Shown here piece after piece: positions 60,881-64,000 of a DNA stretch of 64,000 nt. Source of the stretch: Chlorokybus atmophyticus (taxonomy: Eukaryota; Plantae; Mesostigma and Chlorokybus algae). The notes beneath the pieces are model-generated. The model did no database searches. It was not told the DNA's origin and worked only from the letters and a program-made list of their open reading frames with translations. Position 1 is the first letter of the stretch; each line of letters starts with the position of its first letter. The position numbers and the translations under genes were made by a program. The stretch spans positions 1 through 64,000 of the forward strand of contig RHPI01002048.1 of NCBI GenBank assembly GCA_009103225.1. Direction: 5' to 3'.

Positions 60881-63821
60881 ATGTCCACCCAGCCGCTGAT
60901 AAACCCACCACCTGTAAGTAGCGCTTAAGCACACCATGCTGCTGGTAGTTCGCTTCTGCCTTCATGTTTCAGGCCAATGTGAATCAAACCAACCTACCTC
61001 ACCTACGGTACTTGTGCAGGAAGTTGAGGGTGGAGTTAATGGCCAAGACATTGAGTTGAGATCTCGCGAAAGCTATGCTGAAAGGCTGTCCCAAGTGCTA
61101 TGGGGCTTCCTGCCACTCGGGTGAGTGGGTTGATAGTTGTGCATGCTTGCTTGACGTAAGCACAGTGTCTTACTTGATTGTTTGCTTTGCACAGCGTGCT
61201 TGCGTTCGGAGGCCCGCAGGCGCACATTGCGCTGCTGCACGAGCGCTTTGTTGACAGAAAACGATGGCTGACCGAAAGGCAGTTTCTGGAGTTGCTCGGC
61301 TTGGGACAGGTAACTAGCATTACCAAAACGTTTGCAAGTATATCGGATACTAGCACGTCACGATTGCATGCAACTGTCTTGTCCGACAATCAGATGTCTG
61401 TATCATGGTCATAGCAGCTTGCCGAGTTGTTGCTTGGTAAACTGCAGCCGTAGGCAAGTACTTGGTGACAGCCAGGTTGGCCTGCTCTCACTTTATACAC
61501 GCTGTGCAGGCGACACCAGGACCGACCTCTACGCAAATGGTGGTGGCGATTGGGACGATGCATGCGGGCGTGCTGGGAGGAATGCTCGCATTCTTTCTCT
61601 TCCAACTGCCTGGCTTTGTCATCCTGATGTTCGCTGTAAGTGATGCAGTGTGCCCTGCGCCCGTTGTCTATATTCTTCATGCAGGAGGTGATTGCCTCAG
61701 CGCTGATGAGTACACATGCTTGTTGCAGGGTTTGGCAGTCCGCCACCTCCAAACAGAGCATGGCATCATGCCAGCATGGTATGAAGAGGTCAGGGTTTTA
61801 GCAGCTTGTATGGTCTTCTGTCATGGGCCCAGCTACGTTCCCTCAAGCACACCTGTCGCTAATGTGTGCGTCCTTTTGTGCAGGCCACAGTTGGAGTTGG
61901 ACCCGCGGCTGTGTCATTAGTCTTTATCGCTGCATACAAGCTTGGCGCAAAGGTGAGAACAGTGTGCTGCTGGTCTTGTGGTTGAATATTATGCATGCCA
62001 TGGGTAGATGCGTTTCAATTTGTTTAGGAAGTGAATGCGTGCAGATTTGTGGCAACGACCGTTTGTTGCTGTTTATCGGCTTGGTGTCGTCGCTCATAGC
62101 AACGTTGATTCCACCGCAAGCAGCCTCGTGGGTTTACCCCTCCATGATGGCTGCAGCAGGGTTGACAACATACATCTACTACCGCGCCCGCCCTGAGGCG
62201 ATGCCTGATAGTGCCGCAGAGTCAACGGACAAGCACTCCAGGTCAACGGGCATCTCAACTGCGGCTGGTGCAGGTAAGCACATGTATAACAAGGTGTTGC
62301 ATCGTTGCATGCCATGCAGTGTGTATGCATCCAGGCACATTGCGTGGCTAGTCATGACTTGCATGCGCATTCACCCTCCTTTGCTGTTGCTTACAACGCT
62401 GTGCCTTGCGTCCAGCCTTAATCACTCTTTTCTTCGCCATCTTGGCGGCACTCATCTACGGCCGTGCCAAGGGCTTAGGTGGCCCCTATCTTGCTCTGTT
62501 TGAGGCATTCTATCGCATTGGAGGCATTATCTTTGGCGGAGGCCAAGTCATCCTGCCCATGCTGCAAACTGAGGTAAATCCGTCCACCTTAAGTCAACAG
62601 TGCCGTTACATTGCGTATGGTTGTACGTTGCAAGCTGTCACCTTCTACGCTGCATATACTCCTCCGCGCCGACCATGCATGTACATCGTGTTGCGTGTCA
62701 AGCTTATTGGTGTCAAGGATGTCATGGTTGCAAGCTGGACAATGCACAGGCACAAGGCCACAGCAGCATGTGCCTGTGACAGGTTGTTGACAAGGGCTGG
62801 GTGACACAAGACGCGTACCTGAGCGGTCTTGGCCTGGTTCAGGTGAGTCATACTGAGGGCTAGACATTCGCTCTCGTGCAACCAAAGAAGTTACTATAAC
62901 TTACATGTCAGATGCTTCATGAGCAGCCATACTGTATTGACAAGCCATGGTGGCGCTGTCGTAGGCTCTTCCTGGTCCTCTGTTCAACATCTCTGCATAC
63001 CTTGGCGCCATCTACAAGGGTGTCACAGGCGGCTTTCTGGCATATGTAGCCATATTCCTGCCGGGCGTGCTGCTCATCCTGGCGCTGCTACCTTTCTGGG
63101 AGCGCTTCCGCTCAGCTACAGTAAGCATTGTTGAATGGAACATGCAGTCTTCGTGACAGCTGCTGCAATAAATGTTCAATTGAAGATCCATTCCACAATT
63201 GGCATTTGCGCGTGCATGTGATGCCATTAGCAACACGTGTTAAGCCTCGTACTGTAGTGACAGCTGCATAGTTGTTAATCACAGTCATGCAGGTTTGACT
63301 GAGTGCGAACGCCGCACCTGTGTTGGACCATGACTCACTCAGCTTGTATGTGACATGGCGCGTATGCAGGTTGTGCGCACTGGGTTTGCCGGCATCAACG
63401 CTGCGGCAATTGGCCTGGTAGTTGCCGCCGTGCTCATCTTATGGCAGGTAAGAACAACAACTACATATGACAACATGTCTTGTTATTGGACAGCAGCCCG
63501 GTACTGTTACCATTGTCATTTCCTCGTGCAGTGTTGCAGCAATATACCCCACTTGCCGTCAACACAGCTTCATTGATGAGTATCGTTACATTGTTTGCTT
63601 GATGCCATTGCTCGCAGTTTGCTGTGCACAACCTTGCGAATGCTTCGGTGGCGCTTCTGACTGGTGCGCTGGTGCTTTTCTTCAATGTTCCGGCGCCTGT
63701 GGGCATCATTGTTGGCGGCTTGTTTGGCTGGGGACTGTATCGGGAAGACGTGGGTGGGCGGTATTGCTACTTGGCACACTATGCGGCTAAGCATGCGGCT
63801 GAGTGCCTCATTAAGGTCTAA
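60881..63821 (+). CDS. Long-chain chromate ion transporter (CHR family)
   Basis: Two homologous halves: AFGGPQAHIALLH...FLELLGLGQATPGPTSTQ and IFGGGQVILPML...GLGLVQALPGPLFN. The start codon is tentative. Confidence 0.92.
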
Positions 63822-64000
63822 GTCACATACACATGTAGTTCGTTGCTAGAAATTCAAGGCTTAGGAGTCTATTTATTTATTATTGTGTTTGATTATCATT
63901 GGAGCAAGCGCAGAAACAAGCATGGGCAGTTGTAGTTGTTGCTGCTGATTGCCATGTAAAGCGCATGGAGGTCTCGGATAGCACGGTTTGTAAGGGGGTT

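Noticed and set aside
1-64000. CRISPR arrays, tRNA genes, Fanzor/TnpB or viral hallmark genes
   Set aside because: I saw no regular repeat-spacer array, cloverleaf, RuvC motif or viral capsid/polymerase motif. Most of the short six-frame ORFs are intronic or antisense noise.

Overview
Eukaryotic nuclear DNA, most likely from a green-lineage alga. This is inferred from short GT/GC-AG introns with TG-rich interiors, a plant-type mitochondrial PNPase, a CHR chromate transporter and scattered AAACCCTAA motifs. Bases 1-9000 are accessory: the 3' end of a chromodomain Ty3/gypsy retrotransposon with a hairpin-packed LTR, a TRIM-like mini-element fused to that LTR, a truncated gene remnant, a decayed 3.2 kb piggyBac with both ends and the TTAA duplication intact, a poly-C tract and a mitochondrial LSU rRNA fragment (NUMT). 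From 9.3 kb onward lie intron-rich genes: a CDPK-related kinase, prefoldin 3, xanthine dehydrogenase, a PDI-family protein, TM9SF, an orphan secreted protein, mitochondrial PNPase, a 99-aa GON7-like protein, a membrane-anchored aspartic protease, an IGHMBP2-like helicase and a long-chain chromate transporter. A TE/microsatellite-rich gap sits at about 33-37.5 kb. The best leads are the GON7-like KEOPS candidate, the LTR/TRIM structure, the extra N-terminal domain on the piggyBac transposase, and the N-terminal R3H on the helicase. All gene models were spliced by eye and no searches were run.
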